The notes beneath the pieces were generated by a model. That model had not been told where the DNA came from and ran no database searches. It was given only the letters and a program-made list of their open reading frames with translations. A DNA stretch of 64,000 nucleotides from contig JABHQR010000023.1 in the NCBI GenBank assembly GCA_018696395.1, positions 15,180-79,179 of the forward strand. Reading direction: 5' to 3'. Origin of the DNA: an archaeon. Its GTDB lineage: Archaea > Nanobdellota > Nanobdellia > Woesearchaeales > GW2011-AR9. Both the position numbers and the translations under genes were made by a program. Shown piece by piece: positions 49,235 through 58,443 of the stretch. How positions within the stretch are numbered: the stretch's first letter is position 1; the number at the start of each line of letters is the position of its first letter.

Positions 49235-49768
49235 TTGTATAGAATAAATAAAATGATAAATGAATTAATAACAGAACTGGAAAGTTCCATAGTTTTTAAA
49301 GATTGGAAAAAAAACAATCTAAAAAGTTATTTATCTCATTTTTTTAAACAAGTAAATTCTGAAATAGAAGATAAATCCGATTGGGATATTGGTTATTATA
49401 ATCAAGAAAACGAAAAAGTTACTGTGTTTAGTATTGATAATGAAGGAAATTTCATATTAAAAAATACTGATGATGTTTTCAAAAAAGAAACTAGCGTAGT
49501 AGAACTTTTAGATATGGGAAACGTTAAACTTAATTTCCCTGAAGCAGTTGAGAAATTCAAGGAATTAATTCCAAAAGAATTTTCAGCAGAAGCTTTAATG
49601 TTAGGTGATGGATTTGTAATATTACAATGTCTTAACCAAAAAACTACATGGAACTTAACTTTAATAACTAAGAAACTTACTATGATTAACCTTAAAATTT
49701 CTAGTCAAGAGGGAAAATTAATCTCTAAAGACGAAGTTAACTTTTTACAGCAAGGGCCTACTGCTTGA
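49235..49768 (+). CDS. Hypothetical protein, 177 aa
   Basis: ORF only. The start could be the ATG at 49253. Confidence 0.35.
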   Translation: MYRINKMINELITELESSIVFKDWKKNNLKSYLSHFFKQVNSEIEDKSDWDIGYYNQENEKVTVFSIDNEGNFILKNTDDVFKKETSVVELLDMGNVKLNFPEAVEKFKELIPKEFSAEALMLGDGFVILQCLNQKTTWNLTLITKKLTMINLKISSQEGKLISKDEVNFLQQGPTA

Positions 49769-49824
49769 TATTGATGTTTATTTACCATAAAATTTAATTA
49801 CTTCTTTACATTATAACCTAACTT

Positions 49825-50352
49825 ATGAACATTGAAGTTGAAATTAGATCTTTCATATCGAAAGAAAAGTATGAACAATTGATAGAGTTCTTTACAAAAA
49901 AGGGTAAATTTGTTAATGAAGATTATCAAGAAACATTCTATTTTGACTGTGAACAAGACCTTAGAATTCAAAAAAATAAATTTTATTCTAAAGTTTGGCT
50001 TAAAAAAGGTAAACTTCATGATGACCATAGAGAAGAGTTAGAAATTAAATGTGATGTTGAAGATTTTGAAATTTTAGAAAAAATTTTTACTTCTATGGGA
50101 TATGATATTGAAATTAAATGGTTCAGAAATAGACATACTTTTGAATGGCAAGGGGTTAGCATTATGTTAGATTATTCTAAAGGTTATGGTCACATTATTG
50201 AACTAGAAAAAATGTCAGATGAATCAAATAAAGAAAAAGTTTTGTTTGAATTAAAAGAAAAATTAAATTCACTTAATATAATTGAAACTTCTAAAGAAGA
50301 GTTTAAACAAAAGTATGAACATTACAAACTTAATTGGAAATCTTTAGTTTAA
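49825..50352 (+). CDS. CYTH-domain (CyaB/thiamine-triphosphatase-like) protein, putative
   Basis: The N-terminal 'MNIEVEIRSFISKEKYEQL' resembles the CYTH 'EIExKF' start. Length 175 aa, with acidic patches 'EELEIKCDVEDFE'. Confidence 0.45.
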   Translation: MNIEVEIRSFISKEKYEQLIEFFTKKGKFVNEDYQETFYFDCEQDLRIQKNKFYSKVWLKKGKLHDDHREELEIKCDVEDFEILEKIFTSMGYDIEIKWFRNRHTFEWQGVSIMLDYSKGYGHIIELEKMSDESNKEKVLFELKEKLNSLNIIETSKEEFKQKYEHYKLNWKSLV

Positions 50353-50580
50353 ACTTGTTGAGATTAGTTAGTAAAAAAACTTAATTTTTGCTAATAAGAA
50401 TTAATCTTTGTTCAGACAATAACGTTAATACATTCAGTAGTAATGTGACAAACTAGGCAATAGTAATAAATTGAAATAATTTACATTGAGTGGTATCGGC
50501 TTCTAGAATATATATTCTACAGCCATAGTGTTTATATATCATTTCAGGTTTTAAAAATGTATTAAAGAGGTGATTCAGAA

Positions 50581-50664
50581 ATGGCAGTTTCTTATCAAGC
50601 ACAAGTTGGATGTAAAAGACTTAACGCATTTTTTGTAAAGGAAAATAGCGAGGAAGAAGAGTAA
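50581..50664 (+). CDS. Small ORF, 27 aa, with strong SD
   Basis: 'AAGAGGTGA' lies 7 nt upstream of the ATG. Peptide MAVSYQAQVGCKRLNAFFVKENSEEEE. It sits in a 430-bp gap that is otherwise ORF-free. A TATA-like 'TTTATATATC' lies about 40 nt upstream. Confidence 0.3.
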   Translation: MAVSYQAQVGCKRLNAFFVKENSEEEE

Positions 50665-50783
50665 TTTTTTCATTCTTATTTATTTCTTATTTGATTAATT
50701 ATTAATTCAAGAATTATTTGATTAATTTCTTAAAATTTAACCAAAGCAAAACCCATATAAAGGTTCTGTTTTTCATTTAATTT

Positions 50784-51281
50784 ATGAAGTTTAAAGCTAA
50801 GAAAAGTTATGGAGATTACAAAACTAGTACTTGTCCTTTCTGTGACAGAACAGCTACCCATAAGAATGAACAGGGCCTAGATGTTTGTTTACAACATAAA
50901 AGTGAATCATTAGAAGAGTTCAGGTGTACTTGTGGTTCTTGGTTAGAAGCTCGTAGTGGAAAATTTGGCCCTTATTTTAATTGTATGAATTGTGGTAATG
51001 TGAATTATAACAAAGCAATGGAAATTAAAAGTATGACTTCAAAGATTAAGTTTAATTCAGAGGTAAAACCAAATTCAAACTACAAAATTAATAATTCTAA
51101 TGATAACAACAATTATCAAAGTACAGTTCAACCTAAAAAAATTGAAACTAAAAGAACTAAAGTAAAGAAAACTTTAGCCGAATTAGAAAGAGAAGAATTG
51201 AAAAGAAAATATTATAATAAAGGTAATTCAAATAAAAAAGAGACCACAATTACTAGTGATGATCACCAGTATTTTAGTTAA
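50784..51281 (+). CDS. Zinc-ribbon protein with topoisomerase-type C4 zinc finger
   Basis: 'CPFCD...CLQHK' and 'CTCGSWLEARSGKFGPYFNCMNCGN' match the zf-C4_Topoisom pattern (GKFGPF). Asn/Lys-rich tail. Confidence 0.5.
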   Translation: MKFKAKKSYGDYKTSTCPFCDRTATHKNEQGLDVCLQHKSESLEEFRCTCGSWLEARSGKFGPYFNCMNCGNVNYNKAMEIKSMTSKIKFNSEVKPNSNYKINNSNDNNNYQSTVQPKKIETKRTKVKKTLAELEREELKRKYYNKGNSNKKETTITSDDHQYFS

Positions 51282-51306
51282 AAATAAGAGATATTAGAAA
51301 AAAAAC

Positions 51307-52272
51307 TCATCTCTTAAAAAAGTCACTTCCCTTTGCATCAAACATAATCTTGTCAAGAACTTTGCCCATAGCTTGTTTCATTTCATCCTTACTAGAATAA
51401 AGATTAAATCTGTGTATATCTGGAACTTCTGATCCATAAAGATGTGACCCCTCATCATATAATATGTCTAACCAAGCAGAAGCATACCTACGATTGACCA
51501 ATAATTGATAATCAACATTAAGTTCATGATCATCTAAAATCCTTCCACTACTTCTTTCTTCTTTAAGTTCAAGATATTGTTTTTTAGTCCAGTCCTTAGA
51601 TGCACAAGCAATAAAAAGATGTGTTGGAGGATTAGAAAAAGCAATTTTATGACCTGGCAAATTAAGATAATCTTTCTGTTTGATCCCTTCCTCTAATTTA
51701 TTAACATCAAGTATTTGGTAACAAGCAGATTCTTCACTTCTACTTCTAATAATTATTTTTCCTGCTTCCCGTAAAGGTCCTCTGAAACGAAGAAATTCAT
51801 CAATACGATATACTTGATGAGTTAAAGCTGCAGAGTATGGGTCCATTTCTGAACCAAACTGAGATCTGTTTTGTTCAATAACCCTATTAACTTGTCCCGC
51901 ACCCCTTTTAGTAGGTTCTTCCATAATCCAAACATCAGCAGAATCAGGATCAATGTAAGAAGTAATTGGATTTTTCACACATGAAGCCAATTCTAAATCT
52001 TGTTGTAATTGATATATTTTAAAAATTGCTTGTTCTAAACTAAAACCATCAAATGAACCCCTTTTCAGGAACTCGTCCAATGATTTATACTCTTGATTAA
52101 ATTCATTAAGTCTTTCAGTATGAAACAAAGCATCAAGCTCTGTCCCTCTTAAATCTCTTACTTTTAATCCCCTATCTTCATAATATTCAACCATATCATT
52201 AATTTGTGTACTAGTCCCACTCATGTCTGGACCACCTATAACTAAATCAATAAATTTGTTTTCTGAAATCAT
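51307..52272 (-). CDS. Thymidylate-kinase-like P-loop protein with degenerate Walker A, 321 aa
   Basis: N-terminal 'LVIGGPDMSGTSTQ' resembles the Tmk 'GxDGSGKSTQ', but Lys is replaced by Thr. Adjacent to thyX. Confidence 0.35.
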   Translation of the reverse strand: MISENKFIDLVIGGPDMSGTSTQINDMVEYYEDRGLKVRDLRGTELDALFHTERLNEFNQEYKSLDEFLKRGSFDGFSLEQAIFKIYQLQQDLELASCVKNPITSYIDPDSADVWIMEEPTKRGAGQVNRVIEQNRSQFGSEMDPYSAALTHQVYRIDEFLRFRGPLREAGKIIIRSRSEESACYQILDVNKLEEGIKQKDYLNLPGHKIAFSNPPTHLFIACASKDWTKKQYLELKEERSSGRILDDHELNVDYQLLVNRRYASAWLDILYDEGSHLYGSEVPDIHRFNLYSSKDEMKQAMGKVLDKIMFDAKGSDFFKR

Positions 52273-52285
52273 TTATTACACCCCT

Positions 52286-53872
52286 TTACTTTTCATCTGA
52301 ATAAAACTGCTTTCTAATCTGATCAAACTCATGTTTACCACCATAAAATGCAGCAGTTAATGGGTTTACTTCTTTTGCAATTTTAACCATTTGATTAGCA
52401 ATATTTCTAATATCCCACTGAGCATGAAGGTCACACCTTAATCTTGAAAAAGCACACATCTCACGATCATTAATTTTCATCTTAACTAATCTCCTATGTG
52501 CGTTTGTAAGAACATATTGTGCAGATGAAAAACCCTTACCTTGATCCCTTAACCCATCAGAAATTTTAAAATAAGATGAAGATCCCATATTACAAATATC
52601 TTTTAACTCTTGATCTTTTCCAATTTGTTTAATAGATTCTGGCACAGTGATTCCTAAATGGGGATCATAATCTTTAGCTATTTGAGTTGTCATCCTATGT
52701 CTTTTAAGTTGTGCATAACAACTTGCCGAGATATTCAACTGAAATTCATAATCTCCAAATTCAGCTTCTCTTGGTAATGCATCAAATCTACCTGTATCTT
52801 TCAAAACTTCACGAATAAATTTTTTCTTATCATCATCAGCCATAATCCCATAAACTCTATCTGCCATTTCAAAAGTAATTGGAACATTTCTATGCACTAA
52901 AAGCGTTGAGATTAATTTTTTATCACAATCATCTGAATCTAAAAGAATAACATCATTAGTGTCCCCGATACTATCATTAAGTCTTTTAATAAAATTACCC
53001 CAACCCATAAAATAATTACCAATTGCATTCTGAATATTTTCTACACCATTTTCAAACTGTGAGTTGTCCAGCTCAATCCCCTTAAATTTCTCGAATCTGT
53101 CATCATCAGCCATGATAATTAATGATGGCGCAATTTTAGCAGCTGGCTCATAAAGTAATCTTCCCAATTCTTGAATCTCTTCTAAATCTTCATACTTAAA
53201 TCCCCTAATAGCATATTCTAAATTCCTTGCGTTGGCAGCGAAAGCCAATTGTACTTCAGTCGCCATTGTTAAAGCATAACGAGCATCTTCTTTAGCCCAA
53301 CCTTCAATGGTGTTCATAGCACGATTCATTTTATCAGAAACGCCCCGAGCTTTAGCTTCTTTTGCTTGTTCAACTAATTCAGGATTTTGTGATTTTTGAT
53401 ATTCAATAAGTTCAGGTAAAACTTTGAAATAAAATTCATTTTGTCTTGTTACATTATTTAAAAAAAGTTCTCTTTGTCCCGAATCAAATTCTTTAGGTAT
53501 TATAAAATCACCATCTAAAGTGATGTAACGTTGAGACTTCTCTGTAAAAGAACATAATCTATGATGTTCAAGTTTTTCTACACCTAATCTAGAAAGCCCC
53601 ATAATACCATAGCCAAATGTAGCATGTTCAGCAATAGAATGATGGTTCATAGCATAAACAATTGTCCGATTAGACTTTCTTGCTTTCTTAACTTGTTCAC
53701 TAGCTTCATCAACAAGCTCTTTAATAGTTCTTGGATCTCTACTAATTCTAGCTGCTGCTGCTGAAAATACTTCAGGAGTAATTTCATCTTTAGTAGGATC
53801 AAAAGTTCCATCTTGTAATTTTTTTAATGTACCTACATCTACTGTATGTGCTGCAAGAAAAATATCTAACAT
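52286..53872 (-). CDS. thyX: Flavin-dependent thymidylate synthase ThyX, tandem-duplicated (two ThyX-like halves in one 528-aa chain)
   Basis: First half has 'HHRLCSFTEKSQRY' (RHR-x7-S-like ThyX motif). Second half has 'LKRHRMTTQIAKD'. A single ThyX domain is about half this length. Confidence 0.7.
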   Translation of the reverse strand: MLDIFLAAHTVDVGTLKKLQDGTFDPTKDEITPEVFSAAAARISRDPRTIKELVDEASEQVKKARKSNRTIVYAMNHHSIAEHATFGYGIMGLSRLGVEKLEHHRLCSFTEKSQRYITLDGDFIIPKEFDSGQRELFLNNVTRQNEFYFKVLPELIEYQKSQNPELVEQAKEAKARGVSDKMNRAMNTIEGWAKEDARYALTMATEVQLAFAANARNLEYAIRGFKYEDLEEIQELGRLLYEPAAKIAPSLIIMADDDRFEKFKGIELDNSQFENGVENIQNAIGNYFMGWGNFIKRLNDSIGDTNDVILLDSDDCDKKLISTLLVHRNVPITFEMADRVYGIMADDDKKKFIREVLKDTGRFDALPREAEFGDYEFQLNISASCYAQLKRHRMTTQIAKDYDPHLGITVPESIKQIGKDQELKDICNMGSSSYFKISDGLRDQGKGFSSAQYVLTNAHRRLVKMKINDREMCAFSRLRCDLHAQWDIRNIANQMVKIAKEVNPLTAAFYGGKHEFDQIRKQFYSDEK

Positions 53873-53937
53873 TTTTATCTACCTCTTTTTTTATTTTTTA
53901 TATTAATACTATTAACATTATAATTATTAAAAAAAGA

Positions 53938-54180
53938 AGGGGGCTAGCAGGCATTAATCACAACAACCTTCAAGCAAAAATAAGCCCTTAATTTTTGAGA
54001 TGGCTAAGCGTAGCTTAATCAAAAGGACTAAAAAGGTCTTATTTGTTGACTGTAACTGCCTCACCCCAAGGTCAGTTACAAAACCTGCTCACCATACAAC
54101 AATAATATCATATGATAATACCACCACCCCTTCAATGAGAAAAGATTTAGTTAGTATTTTAAAGCATTTATGGTCTCGAA
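53938..54180. ncRNA. Candidate structured non-coding RNA (GC-elevated island in divergent intergenic region)
   Basis: Local GC is visibly higher than the flanks. A stable hairpin TGTAACTGCC-tcaccccaa-GGtCAGTTACA at 54051-54080. The track's 61-aa ORF here has no SD and an odd composition. No tRNA T-loop motif is present. Confidence 0.3.
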
Positions 54181-54294
54181 AATAGATTCTGATATCATAC
54201 CAATTTCAAACACAAATCAGAAACTTAAATTTTTCAGCATAATAATCATTTTAAAGTCTTAACAAAAAGACATTATCATAAACAGAGGTGACTT

Positions 54295-55311
54295 ATGATA
54301 ATCGGCGTAACAGGGGCATATGCTTCTGGAAAAGATACTGTAGCAAACATGTTACAGAAAATGAATTTTTATCACATTTCTTTATCAGACATTTTAAGAG
54401 AAGAACTTAAACTTCAAAAGAAAAAGCCAACCAGAGAAAATATGATTGAAGTTGGAAATAATCTTAGAACAACTTATGGCCCAAACATTCTAACTAAAAA
54501 AGCACTCAAAAAAGTAAGAGATGGTGAGAATTATATTTTTACATCAATAAGGAACCCAAAAGAAGTTGAATATTTGATGAACAGAGAAGATTTCTTATTG
54601 GTTAATGTCATCACACCTGAAAAAGTAAGGTTACGAAGAATTCTGGGTAGAGACAGAGAAGGCGACCCAAAAACATTGAAAGAATTAAGAGAAAGTGAGA
54701 AAAAAGAAAATAGTTCTAACCCAAACGCACAACAACTTAACACTGTTGCCAAAATGGCAAAAATTGTAATCAATAACGATTCTGATTTAGTTGCCCTAAA
54801 AAATAAAGTTGAAAAATTAGTAAAAGATTGGGTTTACAAATTACAAGATTCTAGACCTAACTGGGACGAATATTTCATGAACATAGCTGAAGTTGTTAAG
54901 AAAAGATGCAGTTGTATGTCAGCTAAAAAAGGTGCAATCCTTGTAAAAGATAAACAAATTCTTTCTACAGGATATAATGGGACTGCAAAAGGGATCAAAC
55001 ATTGTACTCAAGGTTCTTGTCCAAGATGTAATGATAGACATTTAGGAAAATTAAAGTCAGGAGATTATTCAGTAACTTGTATCTGTGCACATGCTGAAGA
55101 AAATGCAATTGTACAAGCAGCGTATAATGGAATTTCTACTAGAAGTGCAATATTATACACCACATTCACTCCGTGTAGTACTTGTGCCAGAATGATTATC
55201 AATGCGGGTATTGTTGAAGTTATTGCTAGAGTGTTATATCCAGATAGTATTGGGACACAATTACTTAAAGATGCAAAAGTTAAATTAAGAATCTTGAAAA
55301 AGAAAAAGTGA
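54295..55311 (+). CDS. Fusion protein: N-terminal P-loop nucleotide-kinase-like domain + C-terminal dCMP/cytidine deaminase
   Basis: N-terminus 'MIIGVTGAYASGKDTVANML' (P-loop). C-terminus 'CAHAEENAIVQAA' and 'PCSTCARMIINAGI' (zinc-dependent dCMP deaminase motifs H-A-E and PCxxC). SD 'AGAGGTGA' upstream. Confidence 0.75.
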   Translation: MIIGVTGAYASGKDTVANMLQKMNFYHISLSDILREELKLQKKKPTRENMIEVGNNLRTTYGPNILTKKALKKVRDGENYIFTSIRNPKEVEYLMNREDFLLVNVITPEKVRLRRILGRDREGDPKTLKELRESEKKENSSNPNAQQLNTVAKMAKIVINNDSDLVALKNKVEKLVKDWVYKLQDSRPNWDEYFMNIAEVVKKRCSCMSAKKGAILVKDKQILSTGYNGTAKGIKHCTQGSCPRCNDRHLGKLKSGDYSVTCICAHAEENAIVQAAYNGISTRSAILYTTFTPCSTCARMIINAGIVEVIARVLYPDSIGTQLLKDAKVKLRILKKKK

Positions 55312-55338
55312 CCAATAACTATAATGTTACGTGAAATT

Positions 55339-55376
55339 AAAAAATTAGGATTAATGTAAATCCTAAATTTTATTTT
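55339..55376. terminator. Bidirectional terminator hairpin between convergent genes
   Basis: AAAAAA-TTAGGATT-aatgta-AATCCTAA-ATTTTATTTT. An 8-bp perfect stem flanked by A6 and a T-rich tract. Confidence 0.45.
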
Positions 55377-55386
55377 GATTTAAATT

Positions 55387-56697
55387 CTAACTCAATACAT
55401 CATCTAAATTATCTTCCCAGTTGTCATAATAAGTTCTATCAGTAATTTCGTTTAATGCAGCGATAGGTGCCAACTTAGTTCCGCTTGGAAGATCTTGATA
55501 AGCCCAATTAACAGCATCAGACCAATTTCCAGGTTGAGAGTTAGCATAATTGTCAGTAGAGAATGATAAGTAAGCAGAATCAGGATTTAATCTAATCCAG
55601 TTACCACTTCTTGTGAAACCATCATATGCTTGATGTATACTTGGTTTATCATCAAAAGGTTGAACATGTTCAGAACCAGCAAAAATTAAAATAACATTTA
55701 GATCCGAATTTAGGCCTAGATAATAATCATGATTTTCACTTACAGTTGTTCTAATCGGCCAGAATGGTCCTACTTCTTCCAAAGTTGCAACACCTTCAGG
55801 CCAAATGTCTAATTTCTGGTCAAGAACAGTTGTTAAGTCAACTGAATAATATCTTTCATCATAAGCAGTTGGACCAAAAGTAGTTAACCTAAATTCATCT
55901 TCATTTAAAATATTATTATCATTTTCATCAAAGAAAACTACACTTAGATTATAGTCATAATTTGCTAAAGAAAAATCAATTTCCAGATCATAAGGGTCAT
56001 AATCTTCAGGGTAAGAATAATAAGGAGTAGCTTCAGTTTTAACATAACCCAATTCTACTGCAAAAATTTCATCATTAGTAGGATTTTCTCTACCAACAAA
56101 CCAAGCAACGTTACTTAACTCTTCAGAATAGATTGATAAAGTATTAATTGAAATAACACCTGGATGTGAAAAAGCGTACAAACCAACATTATCATTTAAA
56201 GTGTCATAATGGTCATTTATGATATTACCTTTAACATCTTCTTTTTCTCCTAAAGCAAATAAAATTACTTCTTTTAATGCTAATTGACAATCTTCACCAC
56301 CATAATCATATTCACCATCACTAGAAACACCCGCAATATTATCTTCCATACCAGGCCAAAGATAGGTGATATAAACAAAGCCTTCTTCTTCAACACCAAT
56401 TTCATGAATAAAACCTTTTTCCCCAGTTAAAAAAGTAGATACACCTACAACAACAGGAGCACCATAATCATATTTTGGTTCTTCAGGAAAAATAATTTTT
56501 ACAGCAATATCACCAATTTCCTCAACATCAATGAATGTAATCATTTCATTTTTATTAGAATTGGAATAATTTTTAGAATTATTAACATCTAAATCTTGAT
56601 CAACTGAGCATGATATTAAGATTATAACTAAACTTAACAGAATAAAAAATCGAACAATAAATTTATTTACATCATTAAAAATCATTATAACACCCAC
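55387..56697 (-). CDS. Secreted/lipoprotein-like protein, 436 aa
   Basis: N-terminal hydrophobic 'FFILLSLVIILISCS' (signal peptide with lipobox-like Cys). Asp/Tyr/Asn-rich mature part. Confidence 0.5.
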   Translation of the reverse strand: MGVIMIFNDVNKFIVRFFILLSLVIILISCSVDQDLDVNNSKNYSNSNKNEMITFIDVEEIGDIAVKIIFPEEPKYDYGAPVVVGVSTFLTGEKGFIHEIGVEEEGFVYITYLWPGMEDNIAGVSSDGEYDYGGEDCQLALKEVILFALGEKEDVKGNIINDHYDTLNDNVGLYAFSHPGVISINTLSIYSEELSNVAWFVGRENPTNDEIFAVELGYVKTEATPYYSYPEDYDPYDLEIDFSLANYDYNLSVVFFDENDNNILNEDEFRLTTFGPTAYDERYYSVDLTTVLDQKLDIWPEGVATLEEVGPFWPIRTTVSENHDYYLGLNSDLNVILIFAGSEHVQPFDDKPSIHQAYDGFTRSGNWIRLNPDSAYLSFSTDNYANSQPGNWSDAVNWAYQDLPSGTKLAPIAALNEITDRTYYDNWEDNLDDVLS

Positions 56698-56745
56698 ATA
56701 ATTTCAAAAAAAATCACCATATGTATATCTGTTTAGTAACCATGA

Positions 56746-57003
56746 TTATTCTAAAACTTTTAAAACTTTGTTTCTAGATTTAGCTCCAGACTTAATTTCA
56801 ACTTTTAACCTAAACATTTTCTTAAACAATTTAACAAGTTCATCATTAGCTTTATTTTTATCAGGAACTGATTTAAGATAAACTTTAATCTGTTCATTAT
56901 CTTCAATAATTTCTTGTTTAGATGAATTTGGAACAACACGAATATTAAGTAAATTATTACTAAAATGCCTTTTTAAATTAATAGATTTCATCATAAAAAA
57001 CAT
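56746..57003 (-). CDS. DUF167/YggU-family small protein
   Basis: 'LNIRVVPNSSKQEII...LKVEIKSGAKSRNKVLKV' resembles the UPF0235 pattern (V.P.A....I.....L.V......G.AN..L...L......V.I..G..SR.K.v.i). Confidence 0.5.
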   Translation of the reverse strand: MFFMMKSINLKRHFSNNLLNIRVVPNSSKQEIIEDNEQIKVYLKSVPDKNKANDELVKLFKKMFRLKVEIKSGAKSRNKVLKVLE

Positions 57004-57114
57004 AAAACTAATCCTTTTTAATTAAATTTCCATTTAATTGTCATCACCTAAGGGGAGCAAATATGTGCGAAATATTTATAAAAAAGCTGAATATTAACGT
57101 AAAAGATAATAAAA

Positions 57115-58443
57115 ATGGGAATAAAAGCACCTGATTTAAAATCAGAATTTAATAAAGTGAGAATAATTTACCTAGAAGGATTTAGCTTATACCAAAATTA
57201 TTCATATATGAAAGACATACATAAAGTAGAAGAATTAACATATTTTACTAATTCAATTTATCACAATCAAGATGATAACAGAATTGGTTTAGAAAAGATT
57301 CTTAAAAAAGTAAAAAATTGTAATTCAAAAAGATCATGGGAAAAAATAAGACCAACATTATCATTATTTTCACCATATAAAACAGTCCCTAATAGAACTG
57401 ATACAAATTTATTAGACCTTGTAGAATTATCCAAAAAAGAAGGGAGAAAAACAAGAAAAAAATATTTTGATAATATTACATCACATCAAGAAAAAGAAGT
57501 ATTTAACCTAATTAAAGGGTTAGATGATATGCATTCAAACAATGTAAGTTATAATTCCATTGAAGATTTCTTAACACAAGCAGGTATTCAAGACGAACTA
57601 ATTGAAGGAAACAGAGACCTTTGGGACTTTGCAAGACATCTTGAACATAATGAAGTTGTAAGTTATAACGAAACATACAAACTCGTAGACAAAAATGGTG
57701 AAAGATGGGTCCTTAAAGTCACTGATGTCGAACATAAAGCTAAAATAGAAGCTGCAGCTAATTATTACTTATCAGATCATTTTTCTTTTATTGTCCCAGG
57801 AATGTCGCCAGACCCGATAAAAATTAATGGTTTATATTTGACTTTACAAAAAGATGTTTCTGATAGAGAAGACTTACTAATTAAACAAAGTATTGACTAT
57901 TGGATAAGTAGTTTAGCTTTATTTCATAAAGAGGCAGAACATATTTTGTCAAGCCAAGGAATCATTGTGCCAGATCATGAAGTTATTGATTTTGATATTA
58001 TGAAAAATATTTATGATATTAGTGATAAAAGTCATGAATTAACCTTTGATTCAGAAAAAATTAAAGATGCAATTGATTATCTTAAAAGTACCGAGTCAAA
58101 ATACCTGGTTCATGGAGATGTAAAAAATGATAATCGTTTAGGAAGCATGTTAATTGATTTAGAACTTTGCGGCAAAGGTAACCCATCAATTGATTTAGCA
58201 TTGATTTTAATGCAATATAATGTTCCAAAAGAAAATTGGGTTAAACATTTACAAGATTATTTGACGATACGTGGTTCAGAAGATCACATGAAAGAACTAA
58301 CTGAATTAAGTAAAGGAATAGAGTACGCTGCAACTTACATAGGGTGTAAAGAATGTTGGGGATCACATACTAGAACAATTACTAAACAAACTACTAAAGA
58401 TGGGAGATTATTAAGGAAATATCTTTTAAGCATTGCAGCTTAA
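57115..58443 (+). CDS. APH/choline-kinase-like phosphotransferase (protein-kinase-like fold)
   Basis: Brenner motif 'LVHGDVKNDNRL' and the downstream 'LIDLELCGKG' (IDxE/DFG-like). Confidence 0.55.
   Translation: MGIKAPDLKSEFNKVRIIYLEGFSLYQNYSYMKDIHKVEELTYFTNSIYHNQDDNRIGLEKILKKVKNCNSKRSWEKIRPTLSLFSPYKTVPNRTDTNLLDLVELSKKEGRKTRKKYFDNITSHQEKEVFNLIKGLDDMHSNNVSYNSIEDFLTQAGIQDELIEGNRDLWDFARHLEHNEVVSYNETYKLVDKNGERWVLKVTDVEHKAKIEAAANYYLSDHFSFIVPGMSPDPIKINGLYLTLQKDVSDREDLLIKQSIDYWISSLALFHKEAEHILSSQGIIVPDHEVIDFDIMKNIYDISDKSHELTFDSEKIKDAIDYLKSTESKYLVHGDVKNDNRLGSMLIDLELCGKGNPSIDLALILMQYNVPKENWVKHLQDYLTIRGSEDHMKELTELSKGIEYAATYIGCKECWGSHTRTITKQTTKDGRLLRKYLLSIAA

Noticed and set aside
49798-50028. 76-aa minus-strand ORF overlapping CYTH gene start
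   Set aside because: It is antisense to a gene with a recognisable N-terminal CYTH motif. F/I/K-rich.
54000-54185. 61-aa plus-strand ORF (MAKRSLIKRTKKVLFVDCNCLTPRSV...)
   Set aside because: It has no SD and lies in the GC-rich island with a strong hairpin. It is more plausibly part of a structured RNA than a protein.
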